DNA from: Solirubrobacteraceae bacterium
GTDB lineage: Bacteria; Actinomycetota; Thermoleophilia; Solirubrobacterales; Solirubrobacteraceae
Assembly (NCBI GenBank): GCA_036266975.1
Contig: DATAWZ010000074.1
Span: forward strand, 14,986 to 78,985
Direction: 5' to 3'
DNA: 64,000 nt
Below the pieces are notes generated by a model, which was given only the letters and a program-made list of their open reading frames with translations, made no database searches and had not been told where the DNA came from. The position numbers and the translations under genes are program-made. Below, piece by piece: positions 8,607 through 18,301 of this stretch; positions within the stretch are counted from its first letter, which is position 1, and each line of letters starts with the position of its first letter.

Positions 8607-10085
8607 ATGAACGGCAAAGTAGGCGGCGCCGCACTAGCGGCGCTGGGAGCCGCTGCGCTCGCAGGCCCCGCAGGGGCGCTCGCGCACAAGCACCCCAGTC
8701 CCAGCGGACGCCACGGCATCAGCATGTATGTCTCGGAGAACCCGGCCACCTACGGCGACGCGCTGACGATCTTCGGTCGCCTCGTGGGGTCGCACGACGG
8801 CGGTCGAACGGTGACGCTCTGGCACCGGCTGGAGGGCAGCGGTCGGCCCTTCACCGCCATCCAGAGGACCACGACGGACGCGGCCGGGTTCTATGCATTC
8901 AGTCGGCTCGCCGAGGTCGTCGACTCCAACCGTGACTGGTTCGTCACCTCGCTCGGCGCGCGCAGCCGCACGATCCGTGAGAAGGTCGTCGACGTCGTCA
9001 CGCTCAACGGGCCCCCGGACGGCACGCAGCTGGTCACCGGCAAGCCCGCGACGTCGTTCACCGGGAGCGTCTCCCCGAACGACGTCGGCCAGCAGGTCGT
9101 GCTCGAGCGTCAGAACGCGGCGAGCGGCAGCACCCACTGGAACACGATCCAGAAGGGAGTCGTCGGCCCGGGTGGCAACTTCACCTTCAACCACATCTTC
9201 GTGGTTCCCGGCGACGCCAACATCCGCGCCGAGGTGCGCGGCAACGCACGGCATCTGGCGAGCCCCTCGCCGCAGCTGAACTACGAGATCTCTCAGGCGC
9301 AGAAGCCCGGGATCACGATCCAGTCCTCGCAGGATCCGATTCAATACGGCGGTTCGGTGACGATCAGCGGCACGGTCGCGAACGGAGCCGGTGACCCTGT
9401 CACTCTGCTCGCGCACGTCGTCGGCCAGCCGTTCACCACCGTGACGACATCGACCGTGAACCCGACGGGTGGCTATCAGTTCCCGACGATGATGCCGACC
9501 CGGAACACCTACTACGAGGTCAAGGCCACTCCGGCGGTCACTCCGCTGAACACGCCGTCGACGGTGACTGCGGGCTTCCTGCTGGGCGGCCGGCACCACA
9601 AGAAGGCGTCGACGCCGAAGGCCCCGAGCGGGCCGTCGGGTCCGAGCGGTCCGTCGGGTCCGAGCGGAACCTCCGAGCCCAACCAGCCGGCGGGCACGCT
9701 CACCTCGGCGATCCTGTTCGAGGGTGTCCGCGACGTGCTCACCGCGAGCGCCTCGCCGACCACGATCAGCCAGGGCCAGACGGTGATGTTCTCCGGCACG
9801 GTCGCGCCTGACCACAGCGGTCACGCGATCTGGCTCCAGGAGGAGAACGCGGCCGGGACCGGCTTCCACACGGTCCAGGTGGCGGACATCCTGCCCGGCT
9901 CGACCTACCAGATCGTCCATCAGATCTTCGCGGTGGGGACGCGCAACTACCGCGTCCAGATGCCTGGTGGGCCCGAGGACGAGGGCGCCGTCTCGCAGAC
10001 GTTTGCGATCACGGTGAAGCCGGTCGTGGCCTCCGCGCTGCCCCAGACGCAGCCGGCTCCGCAGAGCCAGGGTCAGGGTCGGTAG
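8607..10085 (+). CDS. Secreted repetitive protein with several Ig-like/beta-sandwich repeats
   Basis: ATG at 8607 is preceded by AGGAGG. Signal peptide MNGKVGGAALAALGAAALAGPAGALA. Recurring segments (YGDALTIFGRLVG, YGGSVTISGTVANG, QGQTVMFSGTVAP) and a (SGP)n linker. Confidence 0.7.
   Translation: MNGKVGGAALAALGAAALAGPAGALAHKHPSPSGRHGISMYVSENPATYGDALTIFGRLVGSHDGGRTVTLWHRLEGSGRPFTAIQRTTTDAAGFYAFSRLAEVVDSNRDWFVTSLGARSRTIREKVVDVVTLNGPPDGTQLVTGKPATSFTGSVSPNDVGQQVVLERQNAASGSTHWNTIQKGVVGPGGNFTFNHIFVVPGDANIRAEVRGNARHLASPSPQLNYEISQAQKPGITIQSSQDPIQYGGSVTISGTVANGAGDPVTLLAHVVGQPFTTVTTSTVNPTGGYQFPTMMPTRNTYYEVKATPAVTPLNTPSTVTAGFLLGGRHHKKASTPKAPSGPSGPSGPSGPSGTSEPNQPAGTLTSAILFEGVRDVLTASASPTTISQGQTVMFSGTVAPDHSGHAIWLQEENAAGTGFHTVQVADILPGSTYQIVHQIFAVGTRNYRVQMPGGPEDEGAVSQTFAITVKPVVASALPQTQPAPQSQGQGR
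9627..9667 (+). repeat. Tandem 18-bp coding repeat (about 2.3 copies) encoding SGPSGPSGPSGPSG
   Basis: The sequence reads agcgggccgtcgggtccg agcggtccgtcgggtccg agcgg. Confidence 0.6.
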
Positions 10086-10101
10086 CCACTCCGTTGCAGG
10101 C

Positions 10102-10131
10102 CCGGCGGCCGCCCCTCGGGGCGGCCGCCGG
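10102..10131. terminator. GC-rich hairpin between convergent genes (putative bidirectional terminator)
   Basis: ccggcggccgcccc / ggggcggccgccgg give a near-perfect 13-14 bp stem, 17 nt after the + gene stop and 45 nt after the - gene stop. No clear U-tract. Confidence 0.55.
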
Positions 10132-10175
10132 CCGTCAAGGGCTCGGGCCCTCGTAGTGGGATGGGCCCTGGCGAC

Positions 10176-11825
10176 TCAGGAGCGCGCCGCCGCGCGCTGC
10201 GCGTCGATCTCGCGGAGCTCCACGCGCCGCACCTTGCCGGTCGCGGTTCTCGGCAGCTCGGTCAGGAACTCGACCTCGCGCGGGTAGTTCCAGCCTCCGG
10301 CGCGCGCCTTGCAGTGCTGCTGCAGCTCGGCGATCAGCGTCTCGTCGCCCCTCACGCCCGGGCGTAGGACGACCCAGGCCTTGACGATCTGCCCGCGCTG
10401 CTCGTCGGGCTTGCCGACCACGGCCGCCTCGTGCACCGCGGGGTGGTCCAGCAGCGCGTTCTCGACCTCGGCCGGGCCGATCCGGTAGCCGCCCGAGCTG
10501 ATCACGTCGTCGGCGCGTGCGTGGTACCAGACGTAGCCGTCCGCGTCCTGGTGGGCCAGGTCGCCGGTCCGATGCCAGCCGTCGCCGCGCAGCGTCTCGC
10601 GGGTCTTCTCGGGTTGGCTCAGATAGCCCTTAAACAGCGCCGGGTAGTCGGCGCGAGTGGCGATCTCGCCTTCCTCGCCGGTCGGCACCTCGTGCCCGTC
10701 GGCGCCGAGGAGCGCGACGGTGAGGTAGGGCAGCGGCTTGCCCAGGCTCCCAGGCCGCACCGGCCAAAACGGGCGCTGGCAGCACGCGCCGCCGCCGTGC
10801 TCGGTCTGGCCGTAGAGCTCGAACATACCCGCGCCGAAGCGCTCCTGGCCCCAGGCGAGCGTGGCCGGGTCCAGCGGCTCGCCCACCGAGCCCAGCCGGC
10901 GCACGGCGAAGCGCAACCCATCGCGCTCGACGATGCCCTCGTCGGCGCGCAGCATGCGGTAGGCCGTCGGCACCGTGAAGAAGTTCGTCACCTGCTCGCA
11001 CTCGAGGATCCGCCACCAGCGCTCGGCGTCGAAGTCGCTCTCGAGGGTCCGGAACGGCGTGGCCTGGCAGAGCGCGCTGAACGTGAGCAGGACACCGGTG
11101 ACCCAGCCCAGATCGGAGGTCGGCCAGAAGATGTCATCGGGCCGCAGATCGAGCGAGGTCGCCATCAGGGCCAGGCCGCCCGCGAGCTGATCGCTGCCGT
11201 GCAGGCTGCCCTTCGGGGGACCGGTCGTGCCGCTCGTGAAGTACAGGAACGCGGGGTCCGCCGACGCGCGCAGAAGCGGCGAGTACTCGTCGCTGGCTGC
11301 GTCCATCCGGTCGTGCAGCCCCCCAGGCCCGTCGTCGTCGACCTCGATCACCAGCGCCCCGGCGGCGGCCGCGGCGGGCGCGACGCGGTCCCGCTGCCGA
11401 GCGTTCGTGAAGACCACCCGCGGCCGGGCGTCGGCCACCCGAACGGCGATGGCATCGGTGCCGAACGTCGTGGATAGGCAGCTGACCACCGCGCCGACCT
11501 TCATCGCCCCGATGAGCACGATCCAGTGTTCGGGGACGCGCGGAAGCACGGTGAAGACGAAGTCGCCCTCGCGCACCCCGAGGTTGCTCAGCAGGTTGGC
11601 CACCCGGTTGGAGGCCGCGCGCAGGTCGCCGTAGCTGAAGTCCCGAATGCTGCCGTCGGCGCCCATCCACCGCATGGCGAGCCCGAGGCCCGCCTCGGCG
11701 TGACGATCGCAGACCTCGATGCCCGCATTCAGCCGTTCGGGCACCTGCCAGCGAAACTCGCGCGCGATCACCTCATTGGGCAGGTCGCGCAGCCGCCCAT
11801 AGTGGTCGAGGTCGAAGTGCTCCAT
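10176..11825 (-). CDS. AMP-forming acyl-CoA synthetase (ACS/ACSM-like)
   Basis: AMP-binding motif YFTSGTTGPPKG, then GEIATR...YHARADDVISSGGYRIGPAEVE...GKVRR. The start is taken at the internal ATG (MEHFDLDH). Confidence 0.85.
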   Translation of the reverse strand: MEHFDLDHYGRLRDLPNEVIAREFRWQVPERLNAGIEVCDRHAEAGLGLAMRWMGADGSIRDFSYGDLRAASNRVANLLSNLGVREGDFVFTVLPRVPEHWIVLIGAMKVGAVVSCLSTTFGTDAIAVRVADARPRVVFTNARQRDRVAPAAAAAGALVIEVDDDGPGGLHDRMDAASDEYSPLLRASADPAFLYFTSGTTGPPKGSLHGSDQLAGGLALMATSLDLRPDDIFWPTSDLGWVTGVLLTFSALCQATPFRTLESDFDAERWWRILECEQVTNFFTVPTAYRMLRADEGIVERDGLRFAVRRLGSVGEPLDPATLAWGQERFGAGMFELYGQTEHGGGACCQRPFWPVRPGSLGKPLPYLTVALLGADGHEVPTGEEGEIATRADYPALFKGYLSQPEKTRETLRGDGWHRTGDLAHQDADGYVWYHARADDVISSGGYRIGPAEVENALLDHPAVHEAAVVGKPDEQRGQIVKAWVVLRPGVRGDETLIAELQQHCKARAGGWNYPREVEFLTELPRTATGKVRRVELREIDAQRAAARS

Positions 11826-11958
11826 TCTGCGCGCAACCAACCATACGGGGCGGCGGGCGGGAAGCGCTTCTCGCGCGGGACCTTGGCCATCTCGACAACC
11901 GGCCCATCGGTCGCTTCCCCGTCGGCCCATCCGCTAGCCTCGCTGATGGAGAGAGAGC

Positions 11959-13209
11959 GTGGACGAGACACTGTCACCGCCATCACGCCGTGCCCGGTCG
12001 ATGATCCGGGACGTCGTCGGGGAGATGGCCGACGGCCTCGACGCGACCTCGATCACGGTCAGCGAGGCGATCCACGACCACTGTCCAGGGCTGGACAGCG
12101 ACCTCTTTCCGGCGACCAACCGCTCCACGCGGGCGAACCTCGGCCAGATCACCTCGCTGCTCGCCGACGGCGAGGGCCCGGCGGGGCTCACCGTTCCCGA
12201 CGAGGCGCTCTCGTACGCGCGCGCGTACGTGCACGAGGGCCTCTCGCTCGAACTGCTCACGCGCGTCTACCGCGAGGGTCAGCGCTCCTATTCGCGGCTG
12301 TGGCTGGACCGGCTACGCGCGCGAGCGCGCGATGCCGACGAGCTGGCCGACTCGATGGGCTACTTCAGCGACTGGATGTTCGCCTGGATCGAGGTCGTCA
12401 ACCGACCGCTCAGCGAGGTCTACACCGCCGAGCACGAGCGCTGGATCCGCGGCGGCGTGGCGATGCGCTCCGAGGAGGTTCGTTCGATCCTGTCCGGCGC
12501 GCCGGTGGGCGTCACCGAGGCCTCGAGCCGTCTGCGCTACCGGCTGGATGCACGGCACGTCGGCTTCGTGATCTGGAGCGAGGCGATGTCCAGCGGCGAC
12601 GTCGAGGTCGGCGACGGGCACCGCGTGTTCGGCGAGATGGACCGCTTCGCCGCCGAGGTCGCCGAGTACCTGGGCGCCTCGAGCTTCCTGTCGCTGCCGA
12701 TCGGGCGCCTGTACGCCGGCTGGGCGGCGGTTCCGGCCGACGCGCCGCTCGCCGACCTGCCCGCCGCGCGCGAGCACCTGCACCTCGCGGTGGGGCGACC
12801 GGCTTGGGGCGTGGAGGGGTTCCGGCGCAGCCACCAGGAGGCGCTGCTGGCCAAGCGCGTGGCCACCCTGACCCCGCAGACGGCGGCGAGCTCGCTGACC
12901 TTCGGCAGCGTCGCGCTGGATGCGCTGATGACCCAGGACCTCGACGAGGCGCGCCGCTTCGTCGAGGACGAGCTCGGCCCGTTGCTCGAGGCCGGGCCCG
13001 GCGCCCGCCGGCTCCTGCACACGCTCGAGGTCTTCCTGCACGAGGAGTCCTCGTTTGTGCGCACGGCCCGTCACATGGGAATCCACGAGAACACGGTCGC
13101 CTACCGCGTGCGGCGCGCCGAGGAGCTGCTCGGCCGGCGCGCGAGCGAGCGCCAGCTCGAGCTCCGGGCGGCGCTGCGCCTGGCCAACCTCACCCAGGGC
13201 GCCGGCTGA
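11959..13209 (+). CDS. PucR/CdaR-family transcriptional regulator
   Basis: C-terminal PucR-type HTH: TLEVFLHEESSFVRTARHMGIHENTVAYRVRRAEELLG. Confidence 0.8.
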   Translation: MDETLSPPSRRARSMIRDVVGEMADGLDATSITVSEAIHDHCPGLDSDLFPATNRSTRANLGQITSLLADGEGPAGLTVPDEALSYARAYVHEGLSLELLTRVYREGQRSYSRLWLDRLRARARDADELADSMGYFSDWMFAWIEVVNRPLSEVYTAEHERWIRGGVAMRSEEVRSILSGAPVGVTEASSRLRYRLDARHVGFVIWSEAMSSGDVEVGDGHRVFGEMDRFAAEVAEYLGASSFLSLPIGRLYAGWAAVPADAPLADLPAAREHLHLAVGRPAWGVEGFRRSHQEALLAKRVATLTPQTAASSLTFGSVALDALMTQDLDEARRFVEDELGPLLEAGPGARRLLHTLEVFLHEESSFVRTARHMGIHENTVAYRVRRAEELLGRRASERQLELRAALRLANLTQGAG

Positions 13210-13311
13210 GCCGGCGTTTGGGGTCAGCCGACAACTCTCTCGGGCCGACGCGCCTAACGTGGGCGTCCCGGCCCCGCCTACAGTCGCAGCGACCACCGAG
13301 GAGGAGGCTCC

Positions 13312-15450
13312 ATGTCGCGAACCCCGCGGGTGCTGGCGATCGATGCCGGCGGCACCATGACCGACACGTTCATCGTCGACGAGGACGGGCATTTCGTCGT
13401 CGGCAAGGCCCAGACGACCCCCGAGGACGAATCGGTCGGGCTGATGCAGTCGGCCGACGATGCGATGCGCCAGTGGGAGATGACCGTCGCGGGGACCTTC
13501 CCCGGCATCCGCTCGGGGGTGTTCAGCGGCACCGCGATGCTCAACCGGCTGCTGCAGCGGCAGGGCCTGAACCTCGGCGTGATCGTCACGGCCGGTCAGG
13601 AGGACAGCCTGCAGATGGAGCGCGGGATCCAGACCTACCTGGGCTACTCCTACGCCGACCGCCTGCACATCGCGACCCATCACCACAACCCGCCGCTCGT
13701 GCCGCGCCACCAGGTCCACGGGGTGCGCGGCCGCATCGACCTGTTCGGCAACGAGGCGCTTCCGCTCCGCGAGCGGGACGTCTACGACGCGGCGACCGCG
13801 CTGCTCGACTCCGGCGTGCAGGGGATCTGCGTGTGCCTGCTGTTCAGCTACCGCAACCCGATGCACGAGGCGCGGGTCAAGGAGATCCTGCTCGAGGTCA
13901 AGGGCCAGCGCGGCACGAACGGCGACTGCCCGCTGTTCGTCTCCTCCGAGCTCTATCCCAGCCGGCGGGACTTCCCGCGGCTGAACACGACGGTGATCGA
14001 GGGCTACGCGGCCGAGCCGTCGCGGCGCACGCTGAGTGCCGTGCGCGATCGCACGAAGGAGGCCGGCGCGGGCTTCGAGCTGCGCGTGATGGCCTCGCAC
14101 GGCGGGACGATCTCGATCGACGCCGACCAGCTCGCGACCACCCTGGTCTCCGGACCGATCGGCGGCGTGGTCGGCGGGCGCTGGCTCGCCGACGAGATCG
14201 ACCTGCGCAACGTGCTCTGCACCGACATCGGTGGCACCTCGTTCGATATCGCGCTGCTCGTCAACCGCAAGTACGACGTGATCTCCACGCCGAACGTCGC
14301 CAAGTTCATGCTCAACATGCCGCTGGTGCAGATGGACTCGGTCGGGGCCGGGTGCGGCTCCTACGTGCGGATCGACCCGAGCGCGCGCCGGCCGGAGATC
14401 GGACCTGACTCCGCCGGTGCCTCGATTGGCACCGCGTGGGTCGAGGGGGGGATCCAGACGGTGACGATCACCGACCTGAACCTCATCCTCGGGCGCCTGA
14501 ACCCCGACTACTTCCTCGGCGGGCAGGTCGCGCTCGATGTCGAGCGTGCCCGCGCGGAAGTCAAGCGCCAGGTCGCCGACCCGCTGCGGCTCGAGCTCGA
14601 GCAGGCGGCCGCCGGCGTGGTCGAGCTGTTCGAGTCCCAGCTGCGCAACGAGGCGGTCGGGCGGATCCTCGGCAAGGGCTACTCGCCGGCCGACTTCACG
14701 CTGCTCTGCTATGGCGGCGGCGGTCCGCTGCACGTCGGCGGCTACACCGCCGGGGTCCCTTACCAGCAGGTGCTGATCCCCGAATGGGCGGCCGGCTTCT
14801 CCGCGTTCGGCTGCGCCTGCGCGGACTTCGAGTACCGGTTCGACCGCCAGGTCGACCTGCCGCTGCTGCCCACCCAGTCCGACGAGGAGCGTGCCCAGAT
14901 GGTCGCGCTCGTCTCACAGACCTGGCGGGCGCTCGAGGAGCGGGTGCGCGCCGAGTTCGCCAAGGGCGGCGGTGACCCCGGCGAGATCACGTTCACCCAC
15001 ATGGTGCGCATGCAGTACTACGGCCAGCTCGTCGACATCGAGGTCGACTCGCCCGCGCCCGACCTGTCGACCGCGGCCGACGCGCAGGCGCTGTGCGACA
15101 CGTTCGAGTCGACCTACCAGCGCATGTACGCGCGGGCGTCCTCCTCGCCCGAGCTCGGCTACCTCGTCGCTCAGGCGATCGTGAAGGGCTCGGTCCCGAT
15201 CGAGAAGCCGCGCCTGCCCACCCTGCCGACCGCCGAGGGCACGCCGCCGAACAAGGAGACGCGCCCGGTGTGGTGGACCGACGCCTGGGTCGACACGCCG
15301 ATCTACGAGATGACCGACGTGCGCCCGGGCCACCGCCTGGACGGACCGGCGATCCTCGAAGCGGAGTCGACGACGTTCCCGATTCCCCCCGACCGCAAGG
15401 CCTGGCTCGATGAGCACGGCATCTTCCACCTCGAGAACAAGGAGGCCTGA
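13312..15450 (+). CDS. acxA: Hydantoinase A family protein; acetone carboxylase beta-subunit-like
   Basis: 712 aa. The N-terminus VLAIDAGGTMTDTFIVDEDGHFVVGKAQTTPEDES closely matches my recollection of AcxA, and the length is similar. It lies immediately upstream of the alpha-like gene. Confidence 0.85.
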   Translation: MSRTPRVLAIDAGGTMTDTFIVDEDGHFVVGKAQTTPEDESVGLMQSADDAMRQWEMTVAGTFPGIRSGVFSGTAMLNRLLQRQGLNLGVIVTAGQEDSLQMERGIQTYLGYSYADRLHIATHHHNPPLVPRHQVHGVRGRIDLFGNEALPLRERDVYDAATALLDSGVQGICVCLLFSYRNPMHEARVKEILLEVKGQRGTNGDCPLFVSSELYPSRRDFPRLNTTVIEGYAAEPSRRTLSAVRDRTKEAGAGFELRVMASHGGTISIDADQLATTLVSGPIGGVVGGRWLADEIDLRNVLCTDIGGTSFDIALLVNRKYDVISTPNVAKFMLNMPLVQMDSVGAGCGSYVRIDPSARRPEIGPDSAGASIGTAWVEGGIQTVTITDLNLILGRLNPDYFLGGQVALDVERARAEVKRQVADPLRLELEQAAAGVVELFESQLRNEAVGRILGKGYSPADFTLLCYGGGGPLHVGGYTAGVPYQQVLIPEWAAGFSAFGCACADFEYRFDRQVDLPLLPTQSDEERAQMVALVSQTWRALEERVRAEFAKGGGDPGEITFTHMVRMQYYGQLVDIEVDSPAPDLSTAADAQALCDTFESTYQRMYARASSSPELGYLVAQAIVKGSVPIEKPRLPTLPTAEGTPPNKETRPVWWTDAWVDTPIYEMTDVRPGHRLDGPAILEAESTTFPIPPDRKAWLDEHGIFHLENKEA

Positions 15451-15453
15451 GCC

Positions 15454-18249
15454 ATGGCCACCACTCAGGACACCCGCGGCCTGCAGGAGCCCGACGCGCC
15501 GCCACCGATCGGATGGGACGGCCGCACGCTGGCCGAGATGCTCGCCCACTCCGAGCAGCTCTTCGCGGAGACCGGCTACTACCACGGGCTGAAGCAGCTC
15601 GCGCTCAAGGACTCCGACCCGCTGCACTTCGAGAAGCTCTTCTCGCGGGTGCGCGGCGGCATGGTGTCGGCGCGCGAGACGGCGCTGAACATCTCCGCCT
15701 CGCCGATCGTTCGGGAGCTGGGCGAGATCTGCTTCGCCCTCTACACGCCCGAGGGCGACAACGTCGCGCTGTCGACCGGGATCATCGTGCACGTCCACAC
15801 GATGAGCGAGGCCATCAAGTACATGGTCCGCCACCACTGGGAGGACAACCCGCACATTCGGCCCGGCGACGTGTTCGCCAACAACCAGCCGACGATCGGC
15901 GACGTGCACAACGCCGACGTGCAGACGTTCGTCCCGATCTTCTGGGAGGACGAGCTGATCGCGTGGGCGGGTGGGGTGATCCACGTGATGGACATCGGCG
16001 CCTCCACGCCGGGCGGCGTGTGCGTCGCGCCGACGACGCGCTTCGACGACGGCATCGACCTGCACTGCATGAAGATCGGCGAGAAGGACACGATCGCGTC
16101 CTGGCACTGGAAGCGTGTCTCGATGCAGTCGCGCGCGCCGGGCCTGTGGATCCTCGACGAGCGCACGCGGCTGGCCGGCTGCCACATGATCCGCGACACC
16201 GTCGAGCGGCTCGTGCTCGAGGAGGGCGTGGATACCTTCAAGCAGTTCATGCGCGAGGCGATCGAGGACGGCCGGCGGTCGTTCAAGCACCGCGCACGGA
16301 CGCTGCTCGTGCCCGGCCGCTACCGCTCGGTGGGCTTCCTGGAGGCGCGCTACGCCGACAAGACCGAGATGCCCAAGCGGGCGCGGCGCGACCAGATCAT
16401 GCACGGTCACTACGAGGCGGTCGTCGACAAGGACGGCCACTGGACGACCGACCTGCGCGGCGCCTCGGCGTGGGGCTGGCACAGCTTCAACGCGACTCCG
16501 GCGGCGCAGCAGGGCATGCAGTGGATCCTGTTCACCCAGACGCTGATCTGCAACGACAAGATCAACGACGGCGCCTACTACGCGACCGACCTCGAGCTCA
16601 CGCCCGGGACGTGGGCGAACCTCGGCGAGGCGCCGTGCTCGTCCTCGTTCCCGTGGATGCCGATGTTCGCGACCTCGACCGGCTACCTGCGGGCGGTCTC
16701 GCGGGCGCTGCAGTCGCGTGGCTACATCGAGGAGATCGTCAGCACCTTCACCGTCCCGGGCAACGTCGCCCAGGGCGGCGGGATCGACCAGTACGGGCAG
16801 GTGTCGGGGTTCATGAACTTCGAGATCGGCGCCCAGGGCCAGGGCGGCAAGTACGTCCTCGACGGCCTGGACTACGGCTCCGCGGTGTTCAACCCCGAGG
16901 GCGACATGGGCGACATCGAGATGTGGGAGCTGGTCAAGCCGATGATCTACCTCGGCCGGCGGATCAAGCCCTATACCGGCGGCGTCGGGCGGCACCGGGG
17001 CGGCTCCTCGTTCGAATCGCTGCTGCTCGTGCACGGCACGCCCGACTTCGAGATCGAGAACATCGGCGCGGGCGGCATGTTCACCTCGCCGGGCCTGTTC
17101 GGCGGCTACCCGGGCGCGCAGGCCTACGTCCACAACGTCTACGGCTCGGATATCTACGAGCAGGCGGCGGCGGGGGCGGCCTACCCGGTGGCCGACGTGT
17201 CCGGCGAGGATCCGCAGCTCAACAGCCTCGCCGGCGAACACGAGATCAAGCTCGATCCGTTCACGCTCATGCAGGCGGTCAAGACCGGTGACGTATACCT
17301 ATCCAGCGGCCGCGGCGGCGGCGGGCTCGGCGATCCGCTGCTGCGCTCGGACGAGCGCATCGAGGAAGACATCGCCGGCGGGCACATCCAGCGCGCATGG
17401 GCCGAGAAGGCCTATGCGCGCGCCGACCGCGAGGCGGCGCGCAGGCGGCGCCTGGAGCGTGCCCGGCCCACGAGCGAGTGGTGGGCCGAGCAGCGCGAGC
17501 GCATCTTGCACCGGGACCTGATCGACCCGGTGAAGGTGATGTATGCCGAGTCGATGCGGCTCGGGCCCCGCTGGGCGGCCGAGTTCCGCGGCTTTTGGGA
17601 TCTCCCGGAGGACTTCGACTTCGACGTCATCACCCCCACGGTGGGGGTGCAGAGCTCGGAGCCCGGGAAGGTCACGCCGGCGCAGACCGTCGAGGAGTTC
17701 CTCGGCCAGTCGACCGCCTACCTTCCCGAGGAGGTCCAGGAGGTCCCGGTGGCCTCACAGATGACCAAGGAGCTGCTCGCCGATCTGCTCGACGAGAAGC
17801 TCTCGCGGCGGGCGGTGCACGACATTCAGTCCGGCCACAAGGACCCCGATCGGTTCGACAAGTGGGTCGCGCTGCTGCAGGAGCGTGTGAGCTACGACGA
17901 CCGGATCGTGCTGCCGTTCGGCGAGGGGCTGAACATCGTGCGGCGGGCCTCGGACGGCGAGCTTGTGATCCGCAGCGACGCGGGCCACGACTTCTGTCGC
18001 TGGGACGAGAACTGGAAGATGCACGCGGTGATGTTCGTGCGCGACACCGATGAGCTCTACCGCGAGCTCTACCCGGCCTTCTCGCACCCCGAGGGCGACT
18101 GGATGGAACTGCGCGAGTACTACTGCCCGATCTCCGGCCAGCTGCTCGAGACCGAGGCGGTCACCCCCGGGTACCCGGTCGTGCACGAGTACCTGCCCGA
18201 CATCGACGGGTTCTACCGCGGCTGGCTCGGGCGCGAGGTGCCGGCCTGA
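15454..18249 (+). CDS. acxB: Hydantoinase B/acetone carboxylase alpha-subunit-like protein fused to a gamma-subunit-like C-terminal domain
   Basis: 931 aa. About 770 aa are hydantoinase_B-like. The last ~160 aa (DPDRFDKWVALLQERVSYDDRIVLPFG...REYYCPISGQLLETEAVTPGYPVVHEYLPDIDGFYRGWLG) resemble acetone carboxylase gamma. Confidence 0.85.
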   Translation: MATTQDTRGLQEPDAPPPIGWDGRTLAEMLAHSEQLFAETGYYHGLKQLALKDSDPLHFEKLFSRVRGGMVSARETALNISASPIVRELGEICFALYTPEGDNVALSTGIIVHVHTMSEAIKYMVRHHWEDNPHIRPGDVFANNQPTIGDVHNADVQTFVPIFWEDELIAWAGGVIHVMDIGASTPGGVCVAPTTRFDDGIDLHCMKIGEKDTIASWHWKRVSMQSRAPGLWILDERTRLAGCHMIRDTVERLVLEEGVDTFKQFMREAIEDGRRSFKHRARTLLVPGRYRSVGFLEARYADKTEMPKRARRDQIMHGHYEAVVDKDGHWTTDLRGASAWGWHSFNATPAAQQGMQWILFTQTLICNDKINDGAYYATDLELTPGTWANLGEAPCSSSFPWMPMFATSTGYLRAVSRALQSRGYIEEIVSTFTVPGNVAQGGGIDQYGQVSGFMNFEIGAQGQGGKYVLDGLDYGSAVFNPEGDMGDIEMWELVKPMIYLGRRIKPYTGGVGRHRGGSSFESLLLVHGTPDFEIENIGAGGMFTSPGLFGGYPGAQAYVHNVYGSDIYEQAAAGAAYPVADVSGEDPQLNSLAGEHEIKLDPFTLMQAVKTGDVYLSSGRGGGGLGDPLLRSDERIEEDIAGGHIQRAWAEKAYARADREAARRRRLERARPTSEWWAEQRERILHRDLIDPVKVMYAESMRLGPRWAAEFRGFWDLPEDFDFDVITPTVGVQSSEPGKVTPAQTVEEFLGQSTAYLPEEVQEVPVASQMTKELLADLLDEKLSRRAVHDIQSGHKDPDRFDKWVALLQERVSYDDRIVLPFGEGLNIVRRASDGELVIRSDAGHDFCRWDENWKMHAVMFVRDTDELYRELYPAFSHPEGDWMELREYYCPISGQLLETEAVTPGYPVVHEYLPDIDGFYRGWLGREVPA

Positions 18250-18301
18250 GATAGGCGCGGCCTCGAGCGGCTCGAGCTTGTCGAGCCGCTCGAGCGGGCC
18301 C

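Noticed and set aside
6533-8749. 738-aa minus-strand ORF antisense to the sulfatase gene.
   Set aside because: It is a typical high-GC shadow ORF. The translation is Arg/Gly/Ala-rich with no motifs, while the opposite strand carries an unmistakable sulfatase with a Tat leader.
9600-9700. Checked tandem repeats here and the three dispersed repeats for CRISPR-like organisation.
   Set aside because: There is no regular repeat-spacer periodicity and no cas genes. The 18-bp repeat is in-frame coding sequence.
12313-17241. 806-aa and 775-aa minus-strand ORFs across the PucR/acx genes.
   Set aside because: They are antisense to genes with strong family signatures. The translations are low-complexity (R/D/G/A-rich).
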